This document shows, in pieces, positions 9,795-19,643 of a stretch of DNA of 64,000 bases; position 1 is the first letter of the stretch, and each line of letters starts with the position of its first letter. Location: the NCBI GenBank assembly GCA_963805085.1, contig CAWDTA010000002.1:1312001-1376000 (forward strand). The letters run 5' to 3'. The notes below the pieces were generated by a model. It worked only from the letters and a program-made list of their open reading frames with translations, did not search any database and was not told the DNA's origin. Source of the DNA: an uncultured Veillonellaceae bacterium (GTDB taxonomy: Bacteria > Bacillota > Negativicutes > JARBTT01). The position numbers and the translations under genes were made by a program.

Positions 9795-10514
9795 ATGAAA
9801 AAAATTTATCAAGATATGAATGAAGTATGCGTAAAGACTGCAGAGTGGTTTGTTGCTGAAGCGAACAAGGCGATGGCAAAACATGGTAAATTTACAGTCG
9901 CCCTTTCGGGTGGCTCAACACCACGTCAACTGTTTGCGGAGCTGGCCAAACCAGAGTGGCAAAAGCAAATGGATTGGTCAAAAGTTATTGTCTTTTGGGG
10001 TGATGAACGATTTGTGGCACCGACTGATGCGCAAAGTAATCAAAAAATGGCACGTGAAACTTTGTTAAATCATGTGCCTATTGCTCCCAAAAATATCATT
10101 CCCGTTCCATTTTTAGCAACTGCAGAGCTATCAGCAAAGCAATACGAGTTTGAGCTTAAACAAATATTTGCTGATTTACCGAAATTTGATCTCATTTTAT
10201 TGGGCTTAGGTGCCGATGGACATACGGCTTCCCTTTTCCCGGGCTCGTTGGCATTGACGGAGGAAACCCGTTGGGTTTGCCCGTCGCAGCCCAAAGCAGG
10301 GGGACCAGAAAGAATTACGTTGACGTATCCAGTGATCAACAATGGAGCTTTGGTTTGCTTCTTAGTTACAGGGGCTGAAAAAGCGGCGATGATAAAAGAG
10401 ATATTAGAAGCTACACCCGGTAGCGAAGTTTATCCGGCACAGCGAATTCAGCCAACTTCAGGAAGAATTTTGTGGCTGTTAGACCAAGCGGCAGCAAGTG
10501 CATTAAAAAAATAG
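9795..10514 (+). CDS. pgl: 6-phosphogluconolactonase
   Basis: ALSGGSTP, WGDER, GLGADGHTASLFP; lies between zwf and gnd. Confidence 0.97.
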   Translation: MKKIYQDMNEVCVKTAEWFVAEANKAMAKHGKFTVALSGGSTPRQLFAELAKPEWQKQMDWSKVIVFWGDERFVAPTDAQSNQKMARETLLNHVPIAPKNIIPVPFLATAELSAKQYEFELKQIFADLPKFDLILLGLGADGHTASLFPGSLALTEETRWVCPSQPKAGGPERITLTYPVINNGALVCFLVTGAEKAAMIKEILEATPGSEVYPAQRIQPTSGRILWLLDQAAASALKK

Positions 10515-10552
10515 CAAACAGATTAGCGTGAAAACGGCAGAGGAGGAATAGT

Positions 10553-11983
10553 ATGGCTAAGTTATATGATATTGGGCTAATAGGTCTGGCTGTTATGGGA
10601 CAAAATATTGTTTTAAATATGAGCAATCATGGTTTTCGTGTCGCGGTTTATAATCGGACAAGCAGTAAAACGGAGGAATTTAAAAAAACAATCGGAAATA
10701 ATGTGAACATCGGTGCTGCGCATACGATTTCTGAATTTGTGCAGATGATTGAGAAACCACGGAAGATTATGCTGATGGTAAAGGCAGGCGACCCGGTGGA
10801 TAAGATGATATCTGAACTTCTACCGTATTTGGATGAGGAAGATATTATTATTGATGGAGGGAATTCATTCTTTCTTGATACAAAGCGGCGTTTTAAGGAA
10901 CTAGCTGATAAAAATATTCGTTTTATCGGTATGGGCGTATCTGGTGGTGAGGAAGGTGCTCTACATGGTCCAAGCCTTATGCCAGGTGGTGATTTCTCCG
11001 CCTATCAAGAAGTGGCACCGATTTATCAAAAGATTGCGGCTAAGGTGCCCGGGGGCGTTTGTTGCACGTATGTCGGAAAAGATGGTGCTGGGCATTATGT
11101 GAAAATGGTGCATAATGGCATCGAATATGGTGATATGCAACTGATTAGTGAGGCCTATTATATTATGAAAATGGTCTTGGGCTTAAAAGCGGTAGAGATG
11201 CATGATATTTTTGATGAATGGAATAAAGGCGAGCTGAATTCTTATTTAGTTGAAATTACGCGGGATATTTTATTGAAATACGATGAGGAAACAGGAGTGC
11301 CATTGGTTGAAGTGATTCTCGACAAAGCGGGACAAAAAGGTACCGGGAAATGGACCTCACAAAGTGCTTTAGACCTAGGTGTACCAGTGCCTACGATTAC
11401 TGAGGCAGTGTTTGCTCGTTGTATGTCTGGCTATAAGGTTGAAAGATTGGCCGCTGCAGAAATTCTTTATGGACCTAAACCTATATATGAGGGTGATCGT
11501 GAATCTTTAATCCAAGCAATTCATGATGCCTTATATGCTTCGAAAATTTGTTCCTATGCACAGGGTTTTACACTTTTAAAAGCGGCAAGTGATGAATATA
11601 AATGGAATCTGAATTATGGTGATATGGCACTTTTATGGCGGGGCGGTTGCATTATTCGGGCGCAATTTTTAGATCGTATCAAAGATGCGTTTTCTGCCAA
11701 TGTAGATTTGCCAAATCTCATGCTTGATCCATTTTTTAGAAATCTATTGGCGAAGACGCAAGAGAATTGGCGGCTCGTTGTCAGCTTATGTAAGCAACAA
11801 GGAATCCCAACGCCTGCGTTTTGTGCTTCGTTGGATTATTATGATAGCTATCGGCAGGCTGTGCTTTCTGCCAATATGATACAAGCGCAACGTGATTATT
11901 TTGGCGCGCATACCTATGAACGTGTTGATAAACCGGGCGTTTTTCATAGCCAATGGTTGGTTGAGGGCGCAGAAAAGGGATAA
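10553..11983 (+). CDS. gndA: NADP-dependent 6-phosphogluconate dehydrogenase (decarboxylating)
   Basis: GLAVMG, IIDGGN, VKMVHNGIEYGDMQ, QAQRDYFGAH. Confidence 0.98.
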   Translation: MAKLYDIGLIGLAVMGQNIVLNMSNHGFRVAVYNRTSSKTEEFKKTIGNNVNIGAAHTISEFVQMIEKPRKIMLMVKAGDPVDKMISELLPYLDEEDIIIDGGNSFFLDTKRRFKELADKNIRFIGMGVSGGEEGALHGPSLMPGGDFSAYQEVAPIYQKIAAKVPGGVCCTYVGKDGAGHYVKMVHNGIEYGDMQLISEAYYIMKMVLGLKAVEMHDIFDEWNKGELNSYLVEITRDILLKYDEETGVPLVEVILDKAGQKGTGKWTSQSALDLGVPVPTITEAVFARCMSGYKVERLAAAEILYGPKPIYEGDRESLIQAIHDALYASKICSYAQGFTLLKAASDEYKWNLNYGDMALLWRGGCIIRAQFLDRIKDAFSANVDLPNLMLDPFFRNLLAKTQENWRLVVSLCKQQGIPTPAFCASLDYYDSYRQAVLSANMIQAQRDYFGAHTYERVDKPGVFHSQWLVEGAEKG

Positions 11984-12054
11984 AGATCGTCAAGTATCAG
12001 GGGAGCATGAATAAAAAATAGTTGTACTTGTAGCGATAAAAAGGAAAATTACTT

Positions 12055-12083
12055 TTGACAAATGACTGAAAAATCGCTATACT
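12055..12083 (+). promoter_or_regulatory. sigma-A promoter of tRNA-Cys
   Basis: TTGACA-N17-TATACT. Confidence 0.8.
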
Positions 12084-12132
12084 ATATCTACTGACTCTTT
12101 GGAAGCAAAGATAGGAAAGCTAAATAGAGTTT

Positions 12133-12207
<75 letters not shown>

Positions 12208-12375
12208 AATTGTACTGATAGCTCATAATCGAAAGATTATGGGCTTTATTGTTTTATATGTACAAAGTGAAGCAAACGAACCTGAATGTGAAGTATAAAT
12301 AATAGGGCATACTAGAAGAGCTATTGCAAAATAAAAATGCAATAGCTCGTTTTGTTTTCTAAAGCTAAATATAAC

Positions 12376-12404
12376 TTTACAAAATAGAACATATATTCTA
12401 TTAT
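12376..12404 (+). promoter_or_regulatory. dinB promoter with LexA (Cheo-type) box between -35 and -10
   Basis: TTTACA-N17-TATTAT enclosing AGAACATATATTCT (GAAC-N4-ATTC, one mismatch to GAAC-N4-GTTC). Confidence 0.75.
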
Positions 12405-12437
12405 GGGAGTAATGAAAAATCTTAGGGGGTGATAGGT

Positions 12438-13589
12438 ATGGAGAAACGAATTATGCATGTGGATATGGATGCTTTCTTTGCAGCCATAGAGCAAAGAGAC
12501 CATGCAGAATATAGAAATAAGCCAGTTATCGTTGGTGGGCTTAGCAACCGTGGCGTGGTATCGACAGCTTCTTATGAGGCGCGAAAATTTGGTGTTTTTT
12601 CGGCAATGTCGATGGCGGAAGCGAGAAAACGTTGCCCAGATGGAATTTTTGTTTCGACGAATCATCACAATTATAGTGAAGTATCACGGCAGATTTTTGC
12701 CATCTTTGCAGATTTTGCTCCTAGTATTGAGCCGCTATCTTTAGATGAAGCGTTTATGGATGTCAGTGGTATGGAAAAGTTGGTACAAGATTGGCGCGAG
12801 TACGCGTTAAAACTTAAAAAACGTGTCGAGAATGAAATTGGTTTAGTGGCTTCTGTAGGGGTAGCTCCGAATAAATTTTTAGCAAAACTGGCCTCCGATT
12901 TAGAAAAGCCAAACGGATTGGTAATCATTCAAAAAGAAAATGCCAGAGATCTAATCAAGGATTTGCCGATTCGTTCATTATGGGGTGTGGGCAAGAAGAC
13001 AGCAGTGCAGCTCAACGCGCTGGGTTTTTACACAGTAGGGCAAATTGCTACCGCGGAGCTTGGTTTTTTAGTGCAGCACTTTGGCAATTTGGCGTATCGC
13101 TTACTCGAACTTGCCAATGGTCGTGATGATCGAGAGGTCGAAACGGATCGTTTGACACAATCCATAGGTAATGAGATTACATTTGATCAAGATTTACTAA
13201 GTCGAGCGCAAGTAGAAAAAGAGCTCCTTGCCTTAGCGGAAAAGGTGGGCTGGCGCTTACGAACAGAAGGGTATGCGGCAAGGACGATTACGATTAAAAT
13301 CAGATTTGCTTCTTTTGCAACGATCACCCGTAGCCAAACTTTGCTGGAAGCGACTAATTTTGATGAGGATATCTATAGAACAGCCGTTGATTTATATAAA
13401 AAATGTGCGATCCCCGAGAAAATTCGCTTGCTTGGGATTACTGGCAATCAGCTATCGCTGAATGAACAGTTTAATTTATTTGAAGAAGATACCAAGAAAA
13501 AAACGCTTTACGGAACGTTGGATCAACTGAAAGGACGCTTTGGTGAAAAAATTATTACGAAAGCAAAATTGTTAAATCCCAAGGATTAG
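12438..13589 (+). CDS. dinB: DNA polymerase IV
   Basis: HVDMDAFFA, ASYEARKFG, LSLDEA, SDLEKPNG, WGVGKK. Confidence 0.97.
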   Translation: MEKRIMHVDMDAFFAAIEQRDHAEYRNKPVIVGGLSNRGVVSTASYEARKFGVFSAMSMAEARKRCPDGIFVSTNHHNYSEVSRQIFAIFADFAPSIEPLSLDEAFMDVSGMEKLVQDWREYALKLKKRVENEIGLVASVGVAPNKFLAKLASDLEKPNGLVIIQKENARDLIKDLPIRSLWGVGKKTAVQLNALGFYTVGQIATAELGFLVQHFGNLAYRLLELANGRDDREVETDRLTQSIGNEITFDQDLLSRAQVEKELLALAEKVGWRLRTEGYAARTITIKIRFASFATITRSQTLLEATNFDEDIYRTAVDLYKKCAIPEKIRLLGITGNQLSLNEQFNLFEEDTKKKTLYGTLDQLKGRFGEKIITKAKLLNPKD

Positions 13590-13600
13590 TTTACATAACG

Positions 13601-13628
13601 AAAAAAGACCTTACAGTTGTAAGGTCTT
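13601..13628. terminator. terminator between dinB and 6S RNA
   Basis: aagaccttaca-g-tgtaaggtctt hairpin preceded by an A-tract. Confidence 0.75.
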
Positions 13629-13631
13629 ACT

Positions 13632-13817
13632 AAAGGTTTAGCCCGTAATGTCGCTCCTCGTTATGTCTAAACCTGCAACCTAGCAGGTGGGCATCATAGT
13701 TGTGATTTTGCTATCCACTCAAGGTGGTTCAGCAGCTGCAAAACATCCGATTCCCTAATGAAAAAAGTAGGTTAGACATAATTAAGGTTGGCGTGCACCG
13801 CAGGCGTCATCTCTATG
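13632..13817 (-). ncRNA. ssrS: 6S RNA
   Basis: minus strand GCCTGCGGTG...CATTAGGGA...GCCCACCTGC...GCAGGTTTAGAC...CATTACGGGC forms a rod-like fold with Bacillota 6S motifs; promoter TTGCAT-N17-TATTAT at 13852-13824. Confidence 0.85.
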
Positions 13818-14041
13818 GTTGTAATAATACCATAAATGAAAGCGGTATGCAAGTAGAGAGGGCGAGGTTTTTATCTTAAAATTTTGGCAAATGAAAAAGT
13901 TTACATAATATAACGTAAACTTAAATTATTTATAGTTCAAAGGGGATTATAGTAAAAAAGGTTTTTTTTAGTGTTTGGCGAATTTAAATTAGTTGATAAT
14001 TACGGGGCTTATATATAATATGCACGAATAAGGAGAAAGTT

Positions 14042-14653
14042 ATGACAGATGAAGAAAAAAAAATAATTCATGCGATTTTAGTAAAACCTGGAGAAGAACC
14101 AGAGATTTGTCAATTACCACTCAATGTGGATGAACAGATAGAAGTGATTTCAGATATTTTAGAAGGAAACATTGGCAGTACGGAGTTTTTTGATATTGGC
14201 AATGGTGCATCCCTTTGGATTTTAGTAAATGATTTTGCGGTACCATTGGGCTTAAACCCAAATCGCCATCTACCGGGCAAAGATAAAGATGAGATTCTTT
14301 TTGGCAATGTGATTTTTATCGCGATTTACAATGAAAAGAGTGAATTTGAAGGCCCTGTCAATATGCCAGAAAATATTTGTAATATGTTTATTGAGCAGAT
14401 TAAAGCAAATTTTGAACAATGTAAAGGCGATGAGAAACCTCGTTCTCAAGATGAAGTTTATGTAGAATTTCCTGATAGCGAAAACGAACGCAGTTTTAAA
14501 TGGCGTGAAATCGAAAAACCAGAACATGTTGATAAGTTTGTTCAAGCAGGTCGGGCAAAGCTAATTAAACATGATGAATATGAAGTGATCGAACTTAACG
14601 GTCGTTATTTTAAACAAGTAACCATTGCAACAAAAAAGACACCATTGAATTAA
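14042..14653 (+). CDS. hypothetical protein, DUF3846-like N-terminal domain
   Basis: LVKPGEEP...LVND...LNPNR...LFGNVIF pattern; AAGGAG RBS. Confidence 0.65.
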   Translation: MTDEEKKIIHAILVKPGEEPEICQLPLNVDEQIEVISDILEGNIGSTEFFDIGNGASLWILVNDFAVPLGLNPNRHLPGKDKDEILFGNVIFIAIYNEKSEFEGPVNMPENICNMFIEQIKANFEQCKGDEKPRSQDEVYVEFPDSENERSFKWREIEKPEHVDKFVQAGRAKLIKHDEYEVIELNGRYFKQVTIATKKTPLN

Positions 14654-14696
14654 CTTCATAGAGTGTGTTTCAAAAAACACACAACCATAAAATTCA

Positions 14697-14794
14697 AGAG
14701 ACTGTTATAAGATGTCCAAATGCTAGGCTGGGCGAGAACTCGAGTGAGGGCTCGCAGGTTGAGCAACGCAGATGGGTATTTTGTAACAGTCTCT
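14697..14794. repeat. REP-like palindromic element between convergent genes
   Basis: agagactgttataagatgtcca...tgggtattttgtaacagtctct terminal inverted repeat around a GC-rich core. Confidence 0.6.
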
Positions 14795-15861
14795 CATAGT
14801 GTCTTGTTAAAGCGCAGTAGTTTACAAAGTGCATATAACATTTGCGTAAAAACTCCAGCTTGATGTAGTAAATCTTTTCGGATTGCTTTTTCAGTTGGAG
14901 TTTTAATTTTTTGATCAGATAAATAAAGGGCGAGCAGACCACGGACAATTGTTTTAGTAAAAAAATTATGCGGGGTAAGTTCAGCTTTCCTGTAAGCTTC
15001 ACGATAAAACAGTTGCAACCGAGTAACTGTTTCTACCTCATCTTTATAGTAAAAGACAAAATTAAGGTCGCCATTATGAAGGTCTTCGGCTTGATCAATA
15101 AAATAATCCAGTTGTATATGTAATCCGCAAATCCACGGGAAGTAGGCAGTTTCAACCGCGGTAACTTCCGCTGGGGATAATTCGGGATTGTAGGCAATTG
15201 CCGTTAGCATAAACATACCAAGGGTGGAACCAGTTGCTGCGGCAAATTCCCAATCAGTTAAGTATTCGGTGGTGTTACATTCTTTTAACCAGGCGAGCAT
15301 TGCTGATTCTCGCACGGCAGGATCAATATGCTTATAGGTTTGCAGCTGACTATAAAGAGCTGCTAGTTTTAATATCACGGGTTTCACCAAGCCATAGCTA
15401 GGAATTTTTTTTACAATGGTCTGGCAAGTTGTAACGAGGTTGGCTAAGTAGGAACCGTCATCGCGAAACGGGTACTGCGCGTAATAATCTTTTTGTATTG
15501 CCTCTGGATCAAGCGCATCGGTCATCGCAAAGTGCAATTGACGAAAGGCTGCTTCGTCAGTAACCGCTGCCCGGTCGCAAAGATTATCAAGATAATCGCT
15601 GATCGTTTGCAGGGCAACGATAAATTTTATAAAATCCTCGGCGTCCACACCAGGATAAATGCTATAAAAGTTACCACCCTGACAATGAAACCGCTTGCCT
15701 GAGATACTTGCCAAAGCTTGTTTTTGTAGTTCACCATGCATGTTAACTTGGGCATAGGATTGCCAGGCATTTACCTCTTGATTTACTAGAGGTAAAACCT
15801 TATTTAAAAATTGTCGAATCATTTTTATGCTTGCAGTGGTAGTATAAAAAATTGTTTTCAT
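14794..15861 (-). CDS. ytpB: tetraprenyl-beta-curcumene synthase family (YtpB/DUF2600) terpene cyclase
   Basis: QALASI..K.FHCQGG, QTISDYLDNLCDR, EFAAATGSTLG, YFPWICGLHI.LDYFIDQ.ED. Confidence 0.88.
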   Translation of the reverse strand: MKTIFYTTTASIKMIRQFLNKVLPLVNQEVNAWQSYAQVNMHGELQKQALASISGKRFHCQGGNFYSIYPGVDAEDFIKFIVALQTISDYLDNLCDRAAVTDEAAFRQLHFAMTDALDPEAIQKDYYAQYPFRDDGSYLANLVTTCQTIVKKIPSYGLVKPVILKLAALYSQLQTYKHIDPAVRESAMLAWLKECNTTEYLTDWEFAAATGSTLGMFMLTAIAYNPELSPAEVTAVETAYFPWICGLHIQLDYFIDQAEDLHNGDLNFVFYYKDEVETVTRLQLFYREAYRKAELTPHNFFTKTIVRGLLALYLSDQKIKTPTEKAIRKDLLHQAGVFTQMLYALCKLLRFNKTL

Positions 15862-15928
15862 CTGAGAACCTCCGCAGTGTAAAAAAATACAATATATAAT
15901 AAGATATTCAAAGTTTTATATATTTATG

Positions 15929-16384
15929 CTATAAAAATAACTTTCCAAACGATAAGACCATATAAACAATACCGGCGGCAATTAATGGGCCAACAGTGAT
16001 TCCCTTGAAGAAGAAAACACCGATCATGGTTCCGATAATTAAAGAGCTAACAACCTCGGGGGAACTTTTTAATAATTGAATGCCAATGCCACCAGAAAAA
16101 GCAGCGAAAACACCAGCTAGTATAGCAATGATACCAATCGGCGTTTTAAAAGATTCTAACATAATCGGCAGTGTGATACGCCCAGTCGCAAGGGGGACGA
16201 GAAGTGCTAAGGTAAGTAACGTAATGCCTAGATTTAACCCGTGGGCTTCAATCGTAGGAAACCAAGTATCTAAACCTAATAGTTTCATTACTAATAAAGC
16301 TCCTGTTGCATAAGCTACGGACATATTATGTCCGAGAAAACTAATTGCGAAAATCGCAAGTAAGGTGATATAAATACTATTCAT
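15929..16384 (-). CDS. DUF441 family membrane protein
   Basis: hydrophobic ~151 aa; G.N..V, G+TLLTLA+LVPLATG, FFKGI.VGPLIAAG. Confidence 0.85.
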   Translation of the reverse strand: MNSIYITLLAIFAISFLGHNMSVAYATGALLVMKLLGLDTWFPTIEAHGLNLGITLLTLALLVPLATGRITLPIMLESFKTPIGIIAILAGVFAAFSGGIGIQLLKSSPEVVSSLIIGTMIGVFFFKGITVGPLIAAGIVYMVLSFGKLFL

Positions 16385-16812
16385 TTTGTCGCGTCCTTCC
16401 AAGTGTTGTCATAAGAGGAACTAACTCAGTGGTAAAAAATGTCATCCTAATGAAAACAGTTAAGAAGTAAATTTACCATAAAATAGTTACCTAGAGATAT
16501 TCACTATAAATAATACACAGTTTACACTAAATAAGCCAAAAAATAAATACTTAACAAACATAGAAGATCGCTTGTTATTGGTAAATGAAGTATAAAAAGT
16601 AGTCACACATTTAACAATACTAATTATAAACGTGATTTGCTTACATATAAAATACGTTGATATACTTATCTTTATATGTAGAAGCCCAAGAAAACGGAAT
16701 AAAAAATTTACAAGACAAATTCTTTTTCAAAGATTATAATATTATTGTGATGATTGTTGTAAGTATAATAATACTTACGAAGACTTTATTAGAATTTAAA
16801 GGAGTATATTAC

Positions 16813-17106
16813 ATGGAAAATGTTTATCGTATAGCGATCCATTATAATGAGAATAACGGTTATATTGAATATGCAATTGATGCAAAGACTGCTAAGGTTG
16901 TACTAGACTCAGAAGAGAAAAAGGCAACAGTAGAAGCATATTTAGCGGAGGATCATGAAATAAATGTGCCACACGAAACCTTGATGGATTTTTCCAACCA
17001 ACTTGTAAAACCATTAAGTAGTCTAGAAGACTTAAAATTATCTCTTACAAGATTATGGGGGATTACTGGGGTATATGTTGATTGGAGTAGACCAGTTAAT
17101 GTATAA
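16813..17106 (+). CDS. hypothetical protein (~97 aa)
   Basis: AAAGGAG RBS then ATG at 16813; ends ...TGVYVDWSRPV; terminator at 17109-17143. Confidence 0.75.
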   Translation: MENVYRIAIHYNENNGYIEYAIDAKTAKVVLDSEEKKATVEAYLAEDHEINVPHETLMDFSNQLVKPLSSLEDLKLSLTRLWGITGVYVDWSRPVNV

Positions 17107-17166
17107 GTTAAAAAGATCTGTTCATAGGAACGGATCTTTTTTAGTTATATAGGAAAATAGGGCAAG

Positions 17167-17534
17167 TTGTTCACATAGATATTAACTTATCCACATTTTT
17201 ATCCACAAAACCCATGTTCTTGTGGATAAAAATGTGCAAATCCAAAGAAATCATAGGGGGAAAACAAACAGACTGTGCATAAATATGGGGATAGGTGTGG
17301 AAAAATAGAAATATAGTTTACAATTTACTGAATTTTAAAGTTGTTAGTTGCTATAATAAAAATATATTGAAAGCGAACGATCTCATATGACTATTTATCT
17401 AGTTACATAATAATAACTTATCCACATTTTTATCCACAAATTTGATAAATGTGTTGATAAGTAGGTGGAAAAGTCATATTTATGTTAGTAAAATAAATAA
17501 AAATGTGAATAAACCAGTAAATCCTTGTGGAAAA
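17167..17534. promoter_or_regulatory. DnaA-box cluster (two 230-231 bp repeat units)
   Basis: 9 perfect TTWTNCACA boxes (17187, 17199, 17221, 17274, 17296, 17418, 17430, 17504, 17526) plus 1-mismatch boxes at 17167, 17233, 17452 and 17464. Confidence 0.85.
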
Positions 17535-17628
17535 GTAGAATTTTTTATTATTTATGGTTTTGATTATTGTTCACTTGGTAACGGTAATCAGGCCTGATAA
17601 GAAGAAAAAATAACCATCAAAATATTTA

Positions 17629-17657
17629 TTGACAATATATTAAGATAGTGGTATTAT
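17629..17657 (+). promoter_or_regulatory. sigma-A promoter of tRNA-Arg
   Basis: TTGACA-N17-TATTAT with extended TG. Confidence 0.8.
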
Positions 17658-17693
17658 AATATTTGTTGGTTGTGCGAAACGATTAATAAACAT

Positions 17694-17770
17694 GACTCTG
17701 TAGCTCAGCTGGATAGAGTGTTTGACTACGAATCAAAAGGTCGCAGGTTCGACTCCTGCCAGGGTCACCA
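17694..17770 (+). tRNA. tRNA-Arg(ACG)
   Basis: GACTCTG...CAGGGTC-A-CCA, anticodon loop CTACGAA, GGTTCGACTCC; terminator at 17782-17812. Confidence 0.97.
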
Positions 17771-17895
17771 TTTTGAAATTTAAGGCTTTACGGCTTATCG
17801 TAAAGCTTTTTTTGTCTTTTAATCACTAGAATATTCTAGCGAATCATGAATAGTATAATATGCAATTTAGTTGATCACAGGGAGGGTTTTTAATC

Positions 17896-18273
17896 ATGGC
17901 TTCAAGACCGATAGATATTATAGTGATTAATGATACCAATTCAACTTTAAAGTTTGGATATGCAATTGCGCTACGTGGTAAAGTACCGTATGTGAGCTTG
18001 GGAGATGATACTTTAGTAGCGAACGGAGGCCGATGTACAGTTCATGCAGAAGAAAAGGATTCCGTAGATGGCTTCGGAATACAAGGTTCATTTTCATTTT
18101 TATTTCAAGACTATTCAGAACGTGTATTTAATTTTGCCTATAATTACCCAATGGAAATTTGTCAAACCTATGCACGTGTATCTGGCCCAACAGGCTATAA
18201 TTACAACACGAAGATCAATCATTTATCAGCAAATAGCGCAGTTTACACAATTATTTTGCAAAAACTTGAATAA
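17896..18273 (+). CDS. aegerolysin/Cry34(Gpp34)-like small beta-sandwich protein
   Basis: 125 aa; R.I.I.V.N.T..TL, G.QG.F.F, F.YNYP and terminal beta-strand pattern resemble Cry34/aegerolysins; GGAGG RBS; own terminator at 18288-18328. Confidence 0.55.
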   Translation: MASRPIDIIVINDTNSTLKFGYAIALRGKVPYVSLGDDTLVANGGRCTVHAEEKDSVDGFGIQGSFSFLFQDYSERVFNFAYNYPMEICQTYARVSGPTGYNYNTKINHLSANSAVYTIILQKLE

Positions 18274-18436
18274 GTATGATTTAAATTTAAAATCCAGCTA
18301 TATCAATCTGACATAGCTGGATTTTTTTATTGGAAAAATAGGACTATAGGAATATAATTATGGTGAAATTGGTTATTTGTTCATGGAACATACTATTTTT
18401 GAAACTTTCGAAAAAATGAGTGGAGAGGTGTTTGTT

Positions 18437-18826
18437 TTGAGAATCGAACATGTTGCTTTATACACGAACAATTTAGAGAAAATGAAAAATTTTTATACGA
18501 AATATTTTAATGGCAATGCAAATAAAAAGTACAAAAATACGAAGAAAGGTTTTGAATCCTATTTTATTTTCTTCGAAACTGGTTCTAGACTAGAGCTTAT
18601 GCACCAGAAGGGAATCTGTGATACTAAAACTGAGTGTGATAACCTAGGGACTGGCTTTGTACACATGGCTTTTTCCGTTGGCAGTAAGGAAAAGGTAGAT
18701 GAACTCACCGCGACCTTAGTAGCCGTCGGCTGCCTAAAAGCCAGCGATCCTCGTACAACCGGCGATGGATACTACGAAAGCTCCATTTTCGATCCAGATG
18801 GGAATTTGATTGAGATAACGGTGTAG
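18437..18826 (+). CDS. VOC/glyoxalase family protein
   Basis: IEHVALYT, RLELM, HMAFSVGS, PRTTGDGYYES.I.DPDGN.IE. Confidence 0.92.
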   Translation: MRIEHVALYTNNLEKMKNFYTKYFNGNANKKYKNTKKGFESYFIFFETGSRLELMHQKGICDTKTECDNLGTGFVHMAFSVGSKEKVDELTATLVAVGCLKASDPRTTGDGYYESSIFDPDGNLIEITV

Positions 18827-18945
18827 GGGGAAAGCACTTCTATGCTAAAATATGTTATAATTTGAAAAATAAATACTAAAGCATAGCAAGGGGAATTTTT
18901 CAGATTATTTCGTGTTTTGAGTTTACAAAAGGAGTTGTGATAAGA

Positions 18946-19643
18946 ATGAAATCTTGGCAACGGTAAGTGCAGAGGAACGTAAGGATGAATGGAAGCAATC
19001 TGCTTATTCGTTTGAATCGATGAAAATGGTGTTTGTAGATATAATATTTGATCAGAATGCGCAGGTGGACGAGTTAAATCGGCTTGTTCTAAGTGATAAA
19101 GTCCAAGGTGTGTTTTCGCGGAATTTGGATTTTGCACAGGCTGGACTTTCGTTTTTAGGTCAAGATGAATTGGTGAAAAGATTGAGTGCGACTAGTGGCG
19201 AGGATGTGGCTGCGCTGGCGCAGAGTGATCCAGAGCGATATGCAAAGATTGTAAAGGATGGAGCTGTTTTCTATTGTCAGGGTATTTTAGAGGTGCGTTT
19301 CAAGCGCTATCAAGATACGGTTCGCTATATTCCCGAACTTATTGAAACGTATCAGACAGAGAAAAAAGTGCGTATCAATAAAACAGTGACCTCTTCCAAT
19401 GGACAAAATGTGACGGTCGATCAATGGGTAAGCGTGCCTGTGATCGAATCTAGAGTTGTGCCAGCAAATGATGAAATCACGGCACATACAGCCGTGGAAC
19501 TGACATTAATCGATACCAAGACTAATAAGACAGTATGGAAAATGGTGGACAGCCGTGATGCTGTGGACAAAGATAAGGATGGCATGATAAATCGTATTTT
19601 AAAACGTGTTTCCGATCGTTTGCTAGCAGTTAAAAGGTTTTGA
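18946..19643 (+). pseudogene. exported hypothetical protein, probably frameshifted by a signal-peptide deletion
   Basis: the RBS-linked ATG at 18946 reads MKSWQR*; the long frame from 18954 begins LATVSA-EE, like the end of a signal peptide. Confidence 0.55.

Noticed and set aside
13898-13921. Possible dif site (minus strand contains TTATGTAAACT, the Bacillota XerD-type arm)
   Set aside because: The geometry is an 11-2-11 imperfect palindrome with no XerC-like arm at 6-bp spacing; more likely a transcription-factor site
17167-17534. oriC or CRISPR array
   Set aside because: No dnaA/dnaN neighbours, no clear DnaA-trio run and no change in gene-strand bias; the repeats are 9-mers without a repeat-spacer structure and there are no cas genes
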